From Thermoplasmata archaeon (GTDB lineage: Archaea; Thermoplasmatota; Thermoplasmata; Thermoplasmatales; GCA-001856825), in assembly GCA_023256615.1 (NCBI GenBank), contig JAGDXO010000027.1, forward strand, positions 1-63,829: DNA of 63,829 nt. The letters are read 5' to 3'. The notes beneath the pieces are model-generated. The model was given only the letters and a program-made list of their open reading frames with translations. It had not been told where the DNA came from and ran no database searches. The position numbers were made by a program, and so were the translations under genes. Of this stretch, positions 28,909 to 39,754 are shown piece by piece (position 1 is the first letter of the stretch; the number at the start of each line of letters is the position of its first letter).

Positions 28909-30062
28909 TCAATCCACCCTAGCTGATCAATCACATATTTCCTTTCTTTCTCGAGATCTTCCTGATAAATTATATTCCCACCTTCAAGAATCTTCCTATA
29001 CATATTTTCCATTGGTGAATTATCGTAGGGGCAAATCTCTTCTTTCTCTGTACTAACAACAAATTTATGACAGTGAGGGCACCTGAAAACATTTTTTTCT
29101 CCTGAAAATTTTCCCCTCTTAGTTTTAGGAATTCCCTCAATACTTACTATATCCATGGCGAAATCAATAGACGGGGCGCTAGAAATAGATGTGCCAACTC
29201 CAAAGGCTGTTGCTCCGGCTTCTTTCAATCCGGGAATATCTATTTCCTTAATACCACCTGAAACTACTATCCCTACATTATTGAAACCATTTCTATCAAG
29301 TTCCCATCTTACTTCCCTTATTATATCAGCAAAATTCCCCCTTCTGGAAGAAGGAGTATCAAGTCTGACCGCGTTCAGATTTTTTATTATCCTTGCAGCT
29401 CTAACCGATGCGCCTTTTTCATCACAATATGTATCAACCAGTGCAATTCTCCCCACAGCCGGGTCAATTATTTTATCGTAAAGAGCCCATCCTTCCTCCT
29501 CTCCTAAGATAAGGAGCAGTGAATGTGGCATTGTTCCCTCCGGTTTCTTTCCTATTCTTTCTGCACCAATAACACTTGATACCTTATCACAGCCTCCTAA
29601 ATACGAATTCCTGTCAATTAATGGCGAGAGTGCTGGATGCATTCTCCTGGCTCCCATAGAAAGCAATGGTAAATCCCCAACTATTTTTTTGAAGTAGGAG
29701 GCTTTCGATGCTATTCCTGAGGCTTGGGATACTGCACCTAAAATGGGAGTTTCGTAAAGTCCGAAGTCAAGATATCTACCAGTGATTTTAATAGCTGGAA
29801 TTGGAATACCGTTGATATCCCTTGGCGGGAAGATCGTTCCTTCTGGTAAAGAATAAACATCTATATCTTTTCCTTTGAGTATTTCTGTGAGGTCGTCAAG
29901 ACCTGCAAGAACTATCCATGGAAGTTCTCTGTTGGATGACGTTATCTCCATGGTGACTACCGGATTAACACCAGCTTCTTTGAGTATATCTTTGACTCTC
30001 CAGAAGTAGACATCAGTAGTTCTTAAATTCTCTATATCTTCCAGGGAAGCAATATTTTTCAT
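28905..30062 (-). CDS. pncB: Nicotinate phosphoribosyltransferase
   Basis: TDVYF, GARRMHP, GTMPHS, LVDT, VRLDTP, VSGG, FGVGT. Confidence 0.93.
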   Translation of the reverse strand: MKNIASLEDIENLRTTDVYFWRVKDILKEAGVNPVVTMEITSSNRELPWIVLAGLDDLTEILKGKDIDVYSLPEGTIFPPRDINGIPIPAIKITGRYLDFGLYETPILGAVSQASGIASKASYFKKIVGDLPLLSMGARRMHPALSPLIDRNSYLGGCDKVSSVIGAERIGKKPEGTMPHSLLLILGEEEGWALYDKIIDPAVGRIALVDTYCDEKGASVRAARIIKNLNAVRLDTPSSRRGNFADIIREVRWELDRNGFNNVGIVVSGGIKEIDIPGLKEAGATAFGVGTSISSAPSIDFAMDIVSIEGIPKTKRGKFSGEKNVFRCPHCHKFVVSTEKEEICPYDNSPMENMYRKILEGGNIIYQEDLEKERKYVIDQLGWIE

Positions 30063-30064
30063 CT

Positions 30065-30586
30065 TTAGCTAATATCTGTTTTGGATATTATTTTTGCTCC
30101 GTAGATACGCTCCATATAAGAAAGTGAATAATCTCTGGTAAAATCATCTACTGAATCAGTACATTCTTTTACAACTATGGGATTGAAACCTCTGAAGAAT
30201 GCAGAAGCCACAGTATTCTGTATACAAATATCGGTAACTAGGCCGCAGAAAAGAATGTTAGTCGCTCCTGCCTCTTTCAACCTATTTTCAAGATCAGTTC
30301 CAAAAAAGGCATCATATGTACTCTTTTTTATTATGATTCCCATTCCTTTTAATTCAGGTACAGTTTCTGCCTCGAATGAACCATCCATGGCATGTGGTCC
30401 CCATATCTTTATTTCAGGATCAGTAGGGACATGAGAATCCTGAACAAGAAAAGTAATCTTATTCAATTTTACTATGATATCCTTAATGTTTCTTGGTATA
30501 TCTCTATATCTTTCAGAGCCCATTTTACCAGAAACGAATACATTTATCATATCTACAACAACTATGGCATCTACATTTACCACCAT
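30065..30586 (-). CDS. pncA: Isochorismatase-family hydrolase, probable nicotinamidase
   Basis: VVDM, DSH, WGPH, K..YDAF, TDIC; adjacent to pncB. Confidence 0.8.
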   Translation of the reverse strand: MVVNVDAIVVVDMINVFVSGKMGSERYRDIPRNIKDIIVKLNKITFLVQDSHVPTDPEIKIWGPHAMDGSFEAETVPELKGMGIIIKKSTYDAFFGTDLENRLKEAGATNILFCGLVTDICIQNTVASAFFRGFNPIVVKECTDSVDDFTRDYSLSYMERIYGAKIISKTDIS

Positions 30587-31926
30587 AGGAAACTCCCCTC
30601 GGTAGAATCTTCTATCCTGATTCCCAGTTCACCCAACTTTTTTCTAATCTCATCTGCCGTTCCAAAATCACCCTTCTTTCTTGCTTCGTTTCTAGCTGAT
30701 AAAATTAGATCGACAGCACCATCAGGTAATGGTGCATCGTGCACTATGCCAAATATCTCATCAATGGTGTTCAGCACATAGTTAATTTCACCATTAATTT
30801 TATCTGACTTATCTCTAATGCTCAGTGATTCTTTCAGGAAATCATTGATTAAAACCAAAGCTTCCTGCGTATTCATATCATTTTCTAATGGAGATATTAT
30901 ATTATTAATGATCTGAATTGAATTATCAGAAACTGAAGGCTCATATTTTTTAACGCGATGCTTTAGTAACGAAATTTTCTCCGCAATAATTTGTCCGTCA
31001 ATTAGTCCCTTTTCACTATAATTTGCAGGATTTCTGTATTGCATGGAGAGTAGGTAGATTCTTATGGCTTCCGGCCAGAATCTCTTTAAAAGATCTTCTG
31101 GGGACACAAAATTTTTGAGGCTCTTACTCATTTTAACATTTTCAACATTGAGGTGACCAGTATGTATCCAATAATTCACCATTGGAACTTTTCCTGAAAC
31201 ACCCTCCATTTGGGCTATTTCGGATTCGTGATGTGGGAATATCAAATCAGCTCCACCTCCGTGAATGTCGTATTGTGGGCCAAATATTGATTCCGTTATT
31301 GCAGTATCCTCTATATGCCATCCAGGCCGCCCCTGCCCCCAAGGGCTGTCCCAGTAAGGTTCTCCTGGTTTTCTCTTTTTCCAAAGTGCAAAATCTAATG
31401 GGTCCTTTTTATTTTCATTTATAGAAATTCTTGCTCCGGAAATCAGCGAATCTATAGACTGATGGGACAGCTTACCATAGTCGCTGAATCCCCTGACGCT
31501 GAAATAGACGCCATCATTTGTTTCATAAGCAAGACCCTTATGTTGTAACCTGCTGATCTGGTCTATTATTTCATTTATATAGTCTGTTGCAAAAGCATAA
31601 TAGTTAATAGAATCCACCCTTAATCTCTTCATAATCTCGAAAAAAGAGGATGAATAAGTGTTAACAACATCATTCCATCCCCTTCCTTCTTCATTAGCCC
31701 TGCTTATTATCTTATCATCTATGTCCGTAACGTTCATCAAATAAAATACTCTAAATCCTTTAAAACGAAGAAATTTTGCAAGTACATCAAAGAATATATT
31801 TGTCTTAGCATGGCCTAGATGAGGTTTATCGTAAACAGTAGGGCCGCATACGAACATTTTGAGTTTTTTGCCATTGTTTCCTTCAAGTTCCTTTAAGGTG
31901 AGTGAAAGAGTATCATATATCTTCAT
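30577..31926 (-). CDS. cysS: Cysteine--tRNA ligase
   Basis: CGPTVY, HLGH, GRPGWHIE, FPHHE, KMSKS. Confidence 0.97.
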   Translation of the reverse strand: MKIYDTLSLTLKELEGNNGKKLKMFVCGPTVYDKPHLGHAKTNIFFDVLAKFLRFKGFRVFYLMNVTDIDDKIISRANEEGRGWNDVVNTYSSSFFEIMKRLRVDSINYYAFATDYINEIIDQISRLQHKGLAYETNDGVYFSVRGFSDYGKLSHQSIDSLISGARISINENKKDPLDFALWKKRKPGEPYWDSPWGQGRPGWHIEDTAITESIFGPQYDIHGGGADLIFPHHESEIAQMEGVSGKVPMVNYWIHTGHLNVENVKMSKSLKNFVSPEDLLKRFWPEAIRIYLLSMQYRNPANYSEKGLIDGQIIAEKISLLKHRVKKYEPSVSDNSIQIINNIISPLENDMNTQEALVLINDFLKESLSIRDKSDKINGEINYVLNTIDEIFGIVHDAPLPDGAVDLILSARNEARKKGDFGTADEIRKKLGELGIRIEDSTEGSFLWW

Positions 31927-31980
31927 ATAAACAGATTTAAATCATCATTAAATTTTTTACTAAAAAGAATATGACTGTCT

Positions 31981-33150
31981 GTGTCAGAACTTAATAAAGA
32001 ATTCAAAATGAAATCTGACTACTTAATGGGAAAGACGTTAATACTGGGAATTACGGGATCAATTGCTGCCGTAGAAAGCGTCAAACTAATTCATGAACTT
32101 AGAAGACACGGGGGCAATGTCCACGTGGTTGTTACGCAGTCGGCAATTAAGATTATTGGGATACAGGCACTGGAATATGCTTCTGGCAACCCAGTGGTTT
32201 CAGAATTGACGGGAAAAATTGAGCATGTATCTTTAATAAAAGAGTCAGATATATTAATCATAGCACCAGCAACCGCTAACTCAATCTCAAAAATGGCTTG
32301 TGGAATAGATGACACACCTGTGACATCATTTTTTACCACTGCCTTAGGAAAGATTCCTATTGTAATAGTTCCTGCAATGCACGAGGGTATGTATTCCAAT
32401 ATTATCATAAAAGAAAATATTGACAAATTAAAATCACATGGTGTCGTCTTCGTCGACCCGAAGGAGGAAGAAGGCAAAGCCAAAATTCAGGATTATGAAG
32501 TAATTGTGGCATCAGTTATTAGGGTTTTGAACAGGGAACTTGAAGGGAAGAAAGTATGCATCATAGGTGGATCAAGTATGGAGTATATAGATGATGTAAG
32601 AGTTATCACCAACACCTCTTCGGGTGAAACCTCTATTTCTCTGGCTAAAGAAGCATACTATATGGGTGCTGATCTTGATCTCTATTTCGGTATCACCAGA
32701 GTACAGAAGCCACCTTTCCTCTCTTTCAAATTTTTCAGCACGGTTGAAAATCTTCTCTCCTATAGGGAAGACATAATAAAAAATGATATAATAATAGTCC
32801 CTGCCGCACTTTCTGATTTTACTCCAAAAAAAATGAAAGGGAAGATATCTTCGGACCAGGGTTTTACATTGGAGTTAGAACCAACAAAAAAAGTATTAAA
32901 AGCTTTGAGGGAAAAATTTAAAGGGAAACTGATAGGTTTCAAAGCTGAAATTGATATATCAAAGGAAGAACTTATAAGAAGAGCCAGGAAGAGAATAGAA
33001 GAATATAGACTGGATGCAATTGTGGCTAACGATTTAAGGGAAGTGGAGGAAGGCAAAACCAGAGTCTATCTAGTCACATCAAAAAATTACAAGGAAATAA
33101 GAGGTGATAAGGATGAAGTTGCAAGAAAAATACTCAGAGAAGTTTGCTGA
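31981..33150 (+). CDS. coaBC: Phosphopantothenoylcysteine decarboxylase/ligase
   Basis: GITGSIAA, APATAN, PAM, IDDVR.ITN.SSG, GFKAE, VAND. Confidence 0.96.
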   Translation: MSELNKEFKMKSDYLMGKTLILGITGSIAAVESVKLIHELRRHGGNVHVVVTQSAIKIIGIQALEYASGNPVVSELTGKIEHVSLIKESDILIIAPATANSISKMACGIDDTPVTSFFTTALGKIPIVIVPAMHEGMYSNIIIKENIDKLKSHGVVFVDPKEEEGKAKIQDYEVIVASVIRVLNRELEGKKVCIIGGSSMEYIDDVRVITNTSSGETSISLAKEAYYMGADLDLYFGITRVQKPPFLSFKFFSTVENLLSYREDIIKNDIIIVPAALSDFTPKKMKGKISSDQGFTLELEPTKKVLKALREKFKGKLIGFKAEIDISKEELIRRARKRIEEYRLDAIVANDLREVEEGKTRVYLVTSKNYKEIRGDKDEVARKILREVC

Positions 33151-33970
33151 AGCTTTCTCTCCAGGAAGTGCAACACTTTTTTTCATTCCTAACAAATTCA
33201 AGGATATCAGGAGAAAAGGTTCAAAAGGAGTTGCTATTTGCCTTGAAACGGGTATGAAAACAAAGATAATAAGAGGAGAAGAGACTGAAGTCAGGTTTAA
33301 TGGTATTCCAATTGACAACTCAATACAGGAGGAAGTTGCAAACCTATTAGGTTTCAGGGGAAAGATACTTTCTACGTCAGAATTACCTCCTTCCAGCGGA
33401 TTCGGATTAAGTGCTGCCGCTGCACTTACAACAGGTGCAGCAATTTCAGGAAATAATACCAGAATAGGTAAGATTTACAACATGGCACACGAAATAGAGA
33501 TAAGAAGAGGCACAGGTCTAGGCGACGTGCAGTCACAGGTCAACGGTGGCTTCCACATTAGACTAAGAGGAGGAAGTTTTCCATATTCAATAACAGAAAA
33601 TATATTGGAAGCAGAGAAGGAAATAATTCTTTTGCCGTATAAGAAAAAGATCCCAACAGGAGAGATAATCAACTCAGAAAATATGGTTGAAAATATTAGA
33701 AGGAACGGGACAAGAGCATTTGCGAGTTTTCTTAGAAGGCCAACACTCGAAAATGCCTTTACTCTTGGAAGAAGGTTTGCAATTGAATCCGGTCTTGTCC
33801 TTCCTCACGCTATGTCAATTCTGGAAGATCTGGAAGATAAAGTGGCAAGTGTTTCACTTATTGGGGAGAGTATTATAGCACCATATGATCACGAAACATA
33901 TGAAATACTTAGAAAACACGGAAATCCTATAATAACCAAAATATCAAGAAATGGAATCGTTATAGTTTAG
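33104..33970 (+). CDS. Pantoate kinase (GHMP family); start may be later
   Basis: AFSPG, RKGSKG, PPSSGFGLSAA, AH.IEI..GTGLGDV; next to coaBC. Confidence 0.85.
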   Translation: MIRMKLQEKYSEKFAEAFSPGSATLFFIPNKFKDIRRKGSKGVAICLETGMKTKIIRGEETEVRFNGIPIDNSIQEEVANLLGFRGKILSTSELPPSSGFGLSAAAALTTGAAISGNNTRIGKIYNMAHEIEIRRGTGLGDVQSQVNGGFHIRLRGGSFPYSITENILEAEKEIILLPYKKKIPTGEIINSENMVENIRRNGTRAFASFLRRPTLENAFTLGRRFAIESGLVLPHAMSILEDLEDKVASVSLIGESIIAPYDHETYEILRKHGNPIITKISRNGIVIV

Positions 33971-34697
33971 TGAAGTAATAAATATCATTATTTTTGTGAA
34001 CTTTCACTTCAAATACCGTTTCAAGCGATCTCACAAAATCAGGATTATCTTCTTTACCTAAGAATGATATATTTCCATTTTTGAGGAGAAGTATATTCCC
34101 ATTTAGATTTTTAATAATATTTACATCATGTGATACGATAATTATACCCTTCCCCTTGGACGAGAGAGAGGCAATTATAGAGGAAATTTCTAGAACAGCC
34201 TTGACATCAAGATGTGACATGGGTTCGTCCATAGATATAAATTCTGAATCCTGGACAAGGGCTCTTGCAATAAGACATTTCTGAAGTTCCCCTCCAGAAA
34301 TTTTGTTAATGTATTTATCCTTCAAATCATAAATGTTAGTTATTTTTAAGGCTTCTTCAATATCATTTTCCTCATCCCAGTAGTCCCTTTTCTTTCTGTA
34401 TAGGCCCATTGAAACAAATTCCTTTACTGTAAATGAAAATGGGGTTGTGAATATTTGAGGAACGTAAGAAATATATCTTGCTATCTCACTCCTCGAAAAG
34501 GATCTTATGTTCCTCCCGTCAATCTCTATTTCTCCTTCGAAATGAATTAGTCCCATCATACTTTTTAATAAGGTTGTTTTACCAGAGCCGTTTGGACCCA
34601 TTATTATCAGATTTTCTCCCTCTTTTACTTCCAGATTGATGTTGCTGAGAATCTGATTTTTCCCGTACCTGACTGAAATATTCTTGAGTTTGATCAT
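33960..34697 (-). CDS. Cobalamin/Fe-complex ABC transporter ATPase
   Basis: GPNGSGKT, YVPQ, SGGE, DEP, SHD. Confidence 0.9.
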   Translation of the reverse strand: MIKLKNISVRYGKNQILSNINLEVKEGENLIIMGPNGSGKTTLLKSMMGLIHFEGEIEIDGRNIRSFSRSEIARYISYVPQIFTTPFSFTVKEFVSMGLYRKKRDYWDEENDIEEALKITNIYDLKDKYINKISGGELQKCLIARALVQDSEFISMDEPMSHLDVKAVLEISSIIASLSSKGKGIIIVSHDVNIIKNLNGNILLLKNGNISFLGKEDNPDFVRSLETVFEVKVHKNNDIYYFTKL

Positions 34698-35680
34698 ATC
34701 TTTCTCCTCCTGTAAAGTAAGTAAATCAGTAGAGGAGAACCAATGAATGAGGTAATTATACCTACAGGAATCTCACCCTGGGGAGAACTCCTTGCTATTG
34801 TGTCGCTAATTAGAAGTAAATTTGCACCTATGAGGGGTGCAGTAAATATTAAGTATCTATGAGACTCACCAAATATTTTTCTACCTATATGTGGAGAAAC
34901 CAGTCCAATAAAACCAATAATTCCAGTTAAGGAAACTGCAAGACTTGTAATCAAACTTGAAAGGATTATAACTATTGATTTAACTCTTCCAGTGTTAACA
35001 CCCAAAGATTTTGCCTCCTCATCGCCAAGAAGTATAATATCAAGTTCCCTAGTAAAATATATCAGAATTGGAAAAATTATCAATGCTGCTATGAAAAGCC
35101 AGAAATCCTCATTCCAGTTGGCGCCATAAAGCCCTCCAAGAAGCCAGAACAAAACTCCTCTTAAGTTATAAACCTTCAGGTAAATTAGATAAGACGCAAC
35201 TGCAGAGAATAGGAAGCTCACAGAAATACCCGAAAGAATCAATATCTCTGCCTTGACTTCACCATCCGTTCTAGAGATTGAAAACGTAATTCCTACAGCC
35301 AGCATTGCAAATGAAAAAGCAAGTGGAGTTACGAGGAAAGGTGAGATAAGAAATCCTATAGCAGCACCAAGTGCAGCTCCGCTGGAAACTCCAGTTAGAT
35401 ATGGATCTCCGAGTGGGTTTCTAAAAATAGTCTGTGCAATTAAACCAGAAAGACCCAATATAGATCCAACAAGGAGAGCCAATATAACTCGTGGCATCCT
35501 TATATAGAATATTATTACATAATATGTCCAGGAATAATTGAAGCCAAAAATTTTATCATAAAATACGCTGATAATAGAATTTAGAGAAATGTGTACTGGG
35601 CCTATCGCAACAGATATTAAAAAATCAAATATGGTTAATATAACAAGTGAAAAAGAAATAAAAAATGTTTTCCCTTTCAT
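34694..35680 (-). CDS. BtuC/FecCD-family permease
   Basis: RMPR, RNPLGDP, GVSSGA, IGFIGL, IPVG. Confidence 0.93.
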   Translation of the reverse strand: MKGKTFFISFSLVILTIFDFLISVAIGPVHISLNSIISVFYDKIFGFNYSWTYYVIIFYIRMPRVILALLVGSILGLSGLIAQTIFRNPLGDPYLTGVSSGAALGAAIGFLISPFLVTPLAFSFAMLAVGITFSISRTDGEVKAEILILSGISVSFLFSAVASYLIYLKVYNLRGVLFWLLGGLYGANWNEDFWLFIAALIIFPILIYFTRELDIILLGDEEAKSLGVNTGRVKSIVIILSSLITSLAVSLTGIIGFIGLVSPHIGRKIFGESHRYLIFTAPLIGANLLLISDTIARSSPQGEIPVGIITSFIGSPLLIYLLYRRRKI

Positions 35681-36642
35681 GTGAATGCCTGCGGATATAG
35701 GAACTCTGCAACTATCTGAACAGCATATATGGTAAGTGGTCCAGGCTCATTCATTTCATTTGATTCAGTGTAATTAAGGAATAAGACTCTTGAGTCCTTG
35801 ACAGCTGAAATATTCTGCCATATGGGATTGCTCTGGAAATATGATATATTGGAAATTCCTGTTCCATTATCGACTATTATGGCCTGAGGATTATCTGAAA
35901 CTATGGTTTCATTTCCTATAATTGGATACGGAGAGGATAGATTGGAAGCAATATTGTATCCATTTGCTGTGTTTATTATATCATTAATAAAACTGCCAGG
36001 ACCAACTGTGTATATGGGATCTGGCCATAACATGTATAAAACACTTACTTTTTGATAATTCTCAACTTTCTGATGTATATTGGAAATGTAATTCTTCATA
36101 TAATTGATCTCCTTAATTGCTCCACTCTGGTGATCAGTAACATTTCCAAGTATATACATATCCCTGTAAATATCTGAAATATTCTGTGGTTCAAGTACAA
36201 GGACTGGTATAGAGAGGTTCTTCAATTGATCTATGATTGCTGTGGATTGGATAGTGGTGGCGAGCACCAGATTAGGTTTGAAGCTAACTACCTGCTCTAC
36301 TGAAGCTGTTCCATTATCCATTTCAACCTTTGGAAGTGAAGTGGCATTGCTGGGCCACCAATCATAGCTCGTATCAGCAACCACAAGATTTCCTGCTCCT
36401 ATTGCGTACATCATTTGGGTATTGGATGGGTCCATTGACACAACCCTTGTCACAGGAAGCTTTATGGTTACATTCCTACCGATGTCGTCTGTAACAATTA
36501 TTGTGTTTGCTTTTTTGCTTGAACTGTTCAAACCGTTGAAATACACAAAAGCAGCTGATGCAAGCACAATGAGAACAATGATCACAGATATATATTTTAA
36601 AATTTTATTTTTTTCCTCTTTATTTCTGGTATGTTCAGGCAT
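35677..36642 (-). CDS. BtuF-like (cobalamin/siderophore) substrate-binding protein
   Basis: N-terminal TM, TDDIGR, RVVS.PS.T, NEPGP; many NxS/T sequons. Confidence 0.88.
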   Translation of the reverse strand: MPEHTRNKEEKNKILKYISVIIVLIVLASAAFVYFNGLNSSSKKANTIIVTDDIGRNVTIKLPVTRVVSMDPSNTQMMYAIGAGNLVVADTSYDWWPSNATSLPKVEMDNGTASVEQVVSFKPNLVLATTIQSTAIIDQLKNLSIPVLVLEPQNISDIYRDMYILGNVTDHQSGAIKEINYMKNYISNIHQKVENYQKVSVLYMLWPDPIYTVGPGSFINDIINTANGYNIASNLSSPYPIIGNETIVSDNPQAIIVDNGTGISNISYFQSNPIWQNISAVKDSRVLFLNYTESNEMNEPGPLTIYAVQIVAEFLYPQAFT

Positions 36643-36726
36643 GTTTTCAAATAAACTTGAATTATTTAAATTTTACTTGAATATGATATCTTAAAATTTT
36701 TTAATATATAGTGATATTCACCCATA

Positions 36727-36993
36727 ATGCAAATTCATATAATATTCAGGGGAATTGTTCAGGGAATAGGATTCAGAGAAAGAACCCGAAGGATGGCCAA
36801 GAGCCTTAACATCAGAGGGTGGATAAAAAATAATGTTGATGGATCTGTTGAAGGGATTTTTCAGGGAACTCCTGAAGATATTGAAAAATTAATAAATTTC
36901 TGCGAGAATAGTATCCCTGATGCAATGATATCAGAAAAAATACTTGAATATATGAAAGAGGAGGATCTCGACAACTTCAAAATAATAAGATAA
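36727..36993 (+). CDS. acyP: Acylphosphatase
   Basis: GIVQGIGFR, GWIKN..DGSVE. Confidence 0.95.
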   Translation: MQIHIIFRGIVQGIGFRERTRRMAKSLNIRGWIKNNVDGSVEGIFQGTPEDIEKLINFCENSIPDAMISEKILEYMKEEDLDNFKIIR

Positions 36994-37001
36994 AAATAAT
37001 T

Positions 37002-37520
37002 TTAAATCTTCAAAGTGGGTTTTCCAGGTTCCCAATCTACGGGACAAAGCCCTCCTGATTGTAATGCTGCAAGTACCCTCATTGTCTCCTCTGTGCTTCT
37101 GCCTACGTTGTCATCCGTTATAACCATGTATTTAATTATACCTTCAGGATTAATTATAAAAAGTCCCCTATGTGAATTCCCTGTGTTTTCATCAAGAACT
37201 CCGTATGATTCTGATATCAGCCCCTTTCTATCTTCAACCATGGGATATTTTGCTTTGGCTACTCTCTCATCATTCTCGACCCAGGCCTTGTGAACATAAA
37301 CTGTATCCCTGCTTACTGCAAGAATTTCAGCCTTCTTTGATTTGAATTCTTCATACTTTTCTGCAAATCCTTCAACCTCTGTGGGGCATACAAATGTAAA
37401 ATCAGCAGGATAGAAGAAAAGTACTACCCATTTTCCTCTATATGATGATAGAGAAATCTCCTTAATTTTTCCATCCACAAAGGCATTAGCCTTAAAATCT
37501 GGTGCCTGTTTTCCAATCAT
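37002..37520 (-). CDS. 2-Cys peroxiredoxin (AhpC type)
   Basis: FYPADFTFVCPTE, GLCPVDW. Confidence 0.95.
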   Translation of the reverse strand: MIGKQAPDFKANAFVDGKIKEISLSSYRGKWVVLFFYPADFTFVCPTEVEGFAEKYEEFKSKKAEILAVSRDTVYVHKAWVENDERVAKAKYPMVEDRKGLISESYGVLDENTGNSHRGLFIINPEGIIKYMVITDDNVGRSTEETMRVLAALQSGGLCPVDWEPGKPTLKI

Positions 37521-37628
37521 TTTATCACTCCTAAATATTTATAGCGATATTAATCAAATTGATATAAACTTTGCCAAGTTATTCTCTGATATTTTCAAAA
37601 ACAATAGAAGCAAGTTTAAAATTAATTA

Positions 37629-38633
37629 TCAATAGTAACCCTTGTAATAGATGTTGAACTGTTGAAGATGAACTCCTTCACCAGCAACAACTTTTCCTAT
37701 TATCTTGGGATTGAAATTTTTCATTTGGTCCAATATCTCTTCAGAATTTATTTTTGAACTTATGATGATATATCCATAACCCATATTGAACGTTTCAAAC
37801 ATTTCCTGGTAATTCAGATTTCCGTCATCCTTTATTTTCAGAAACAGTGGGCTGACCTTAAAATCATCGATCAAGAATTTTTTCTTCGATAGTCGGGTAA
37901 GATTTCTTAAACCTCCTCCAGTTATATGTGCAAGTCCATTTACTTCGATTTTTTGAGTTAATTCAAATATCTCCTTTGAGTAAATCTCGGTACCTTTCAT
38001 AAGTGCTTTCCAAAAAGGGGCGCCTTGAAAATCATCATAAAGAGATTCTGGCTTATCATCATATATTTTCCTCACTAGTGAAAAACCGTTTGAATGAACT
38101 CCGGAGCTCTCAAGACCTATTATTAAATCTCCCTCGCTGATTTTAGATCCATCTATTACTCTATTCTTTTTCAGGAAACCCATCACTGACCCTGAGATAT
38201 CAATACCTTTAACTATATCTGGAACTGAAGCAGTTTCACCCCCGATCAGTGCTATTCCAGCATCTTCGCAGGCATTGTTTATACTTTTTCCAATTCTTCC
38301 ACCTAATTCACTTGAAAAAATTGAACTAGCAATGTAGTCAACCATCGCAATGGGTTCAGCACCTACAGATACGATGTCATTTACATTCATTCCTACTAGG
38401 TCATAGCCGATTTCATCAAAATAATCAAATTTTAATGAATAAATTGTTTTTGTTCCCACTCCATCTGTATGCAGTGCTAGATACCCTTCTCCAAATTCCA
38501 CTAGTCCTGCATAATGGCCGATATTAGAAGCCATTTTGTATTTTTTGCCTTTAAACTTCAAGGCGGAAATCAAACTATCTCTGAACTTTCCAATAGATTC
38601 AAAATCTACCCCTGCATCCTTATAATTAGGCAC
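37629..38633 (-). CDS. purM: Phosphoribosylformylglycinamidine cyclo-ligase
   Basis: YKDAGVD, TDGVGTK, GGETA, HSNGFSL, HITGGG, TFNMG. Confidence 0.97.
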   Translation of the reverse strand: MPNYKDAGVDFESIGKFRDSLISALKFKGKKYKMASNIGHYAGLVEFGEGYLALHTDGVGTKTIYSLKFDYFDEIGYDLVGMNVNDIVSVGAEPIAMVDYIASSIFSSELGGRIGKSINNACEDAGIALIGGETASVPDIVKGIDISGSVMGFLKKNRVIDGSKISEGDLIIGLESSGVHSNGFSLVRKIYDDKPESLYDDFQGAPFWKALMKGTEIYSKEIFELTQKIEVNGLAHITGGGLRNLTRLSKKKFLIDDFKVSPLFLKIKDDGNLNYQEMFETFNMGYGYIIISSKINSEEILDQMKNFNPKIIGKVVAGEGVHLQQFNIYYKGYY

Positions 38634-38727
38634 AGAAGTGTATTGAATTCATGATTAATAAATATCTTCTTTCCAAAAAGGAAAGTTAACTGTCCAACCT
38701 TATTATAATAGATTTAATTAAGCTACC

Positions 38728-39660
38728 ATGAAATTCGTTTCAGAATTCCCTAAAAATTTTAGGGAATTATCCTCCTGGGAATTAAAAGGCCTCTTGGAGG
38801 CATACGGAGGTATTGTTTCAGGAGAAAATGAGGATTTATTATTTTTTGAGACAGATAGACCATTGGATATAGTGAGAAGAATTGCATTTTCCAAAAGGAT
38901 ATCGAGAATAATAGATCAACACGAATTCCCTATCAAATTGCAAGAAAATGGTAGCTATGCAATTAAGGAGATCAGAAGCGAAAATATGGTATCTTTGATT
39001 GAAGAGACGGCAAAGAGAATAATAGGAAAGGTAAATCTCAATAATCCCGACAGAAAATTCATAATATACAATAATGAAAATTTTAATTTAATTGGTGAAA
39101 TAATCTATGAGAGATCAATTTCCAATCTTATAGATCAGAAGTATAAAAGCAGGCCACTAAATCATCCATCAAGCATTTCTCCACTTCTTGCAAGGGGGAT
39201 GATCAATATCTCAGGAGTTAAAGAAGGCAAAATCATAGTGGACCCTTTTGCAGGTACAGGAACGATACTGATAGAGGCTGGAAGGATGGGAATTGAAGCG
39301 ATTGGTATAGATAAAAATAGTAAAATGGTTGAAGGAGGTAATAAAAATCTCGCTCATTTTTCAATTAAAGGAAAATTAATCCAGGGAGATTTCTCTCAAA
39401 TGAAGGATTTAAACAATATTTATGCTGTGATAACTGATCCCCCTTATGGACGCGGTAGCAAAATATTCTCTGAATCCAGGAAGACACTGTATAAAAACTT
39501 CTTTACATTACTTGCGGGAATGAAGGGAACTGTAGCAGTATTCTGCCTTCCAAGTGAAGACCTTTTGGATGAACTGAAAAACTACCAAAGTTTCATTGTA
39601 ATTCAAAGATTGAGGGTGCACTCCTCCCTTACAAGAATAGTAGTCAAAACATTGCCATGA
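38728..39660 (+). CDS. tRNA (guanine-10-N2) methyltransferase, Trm11/TrmG10-like
   Basis: HPSSI.P.LAR..IN, DPFAGTG, TDPPYG, VHSSLTR. Confidence 0.85.
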   Translation: MKFVSEFPKNFRELSSWELKGLLEAYGGIVSGENEDLLFFETDRPLDIVRRIAFSKRISRIIDQHEFPIKLQENGSYAIKEIRSENMVSLIEETAKRIIGKVNLNNPDRKFIIYNNENFNLIGEIIYERSISNLIDQKYKSRPLNHPSSISPLLARGMINISGVKEGKIIVDPFAGTGTILIEAGRMGIEAIGIDKNSKMVEGGNKNLAHFSIKGKLIQGDFSQMKDLNNIYAVITDPPYGRGSKIFSESRKTLYKNFFTLLAGMKGTVAVFCLPSEDLLDELKNYQSFIVIQRLRVHSSLTRIVVKTLP

Positions 39661-39754
39661 TACAGTAAATGCAGCTTTAAATTTGCAATAAGATCAATTG
39701 TTATTGAGGAATGATTGATATAAAAAAATAAATAAGATCAGGTCATCTCCCACC

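Noticed and set aside
36655..39740. Short repeats or palindromes in promoters (ACTTGAAT x2 near 36655-36682; ATCAAATTGAT ~37553; AATAAGATCA x2 near 39687-39740)
   Set aside because: Too short and AT-rich to distinguish from chance.
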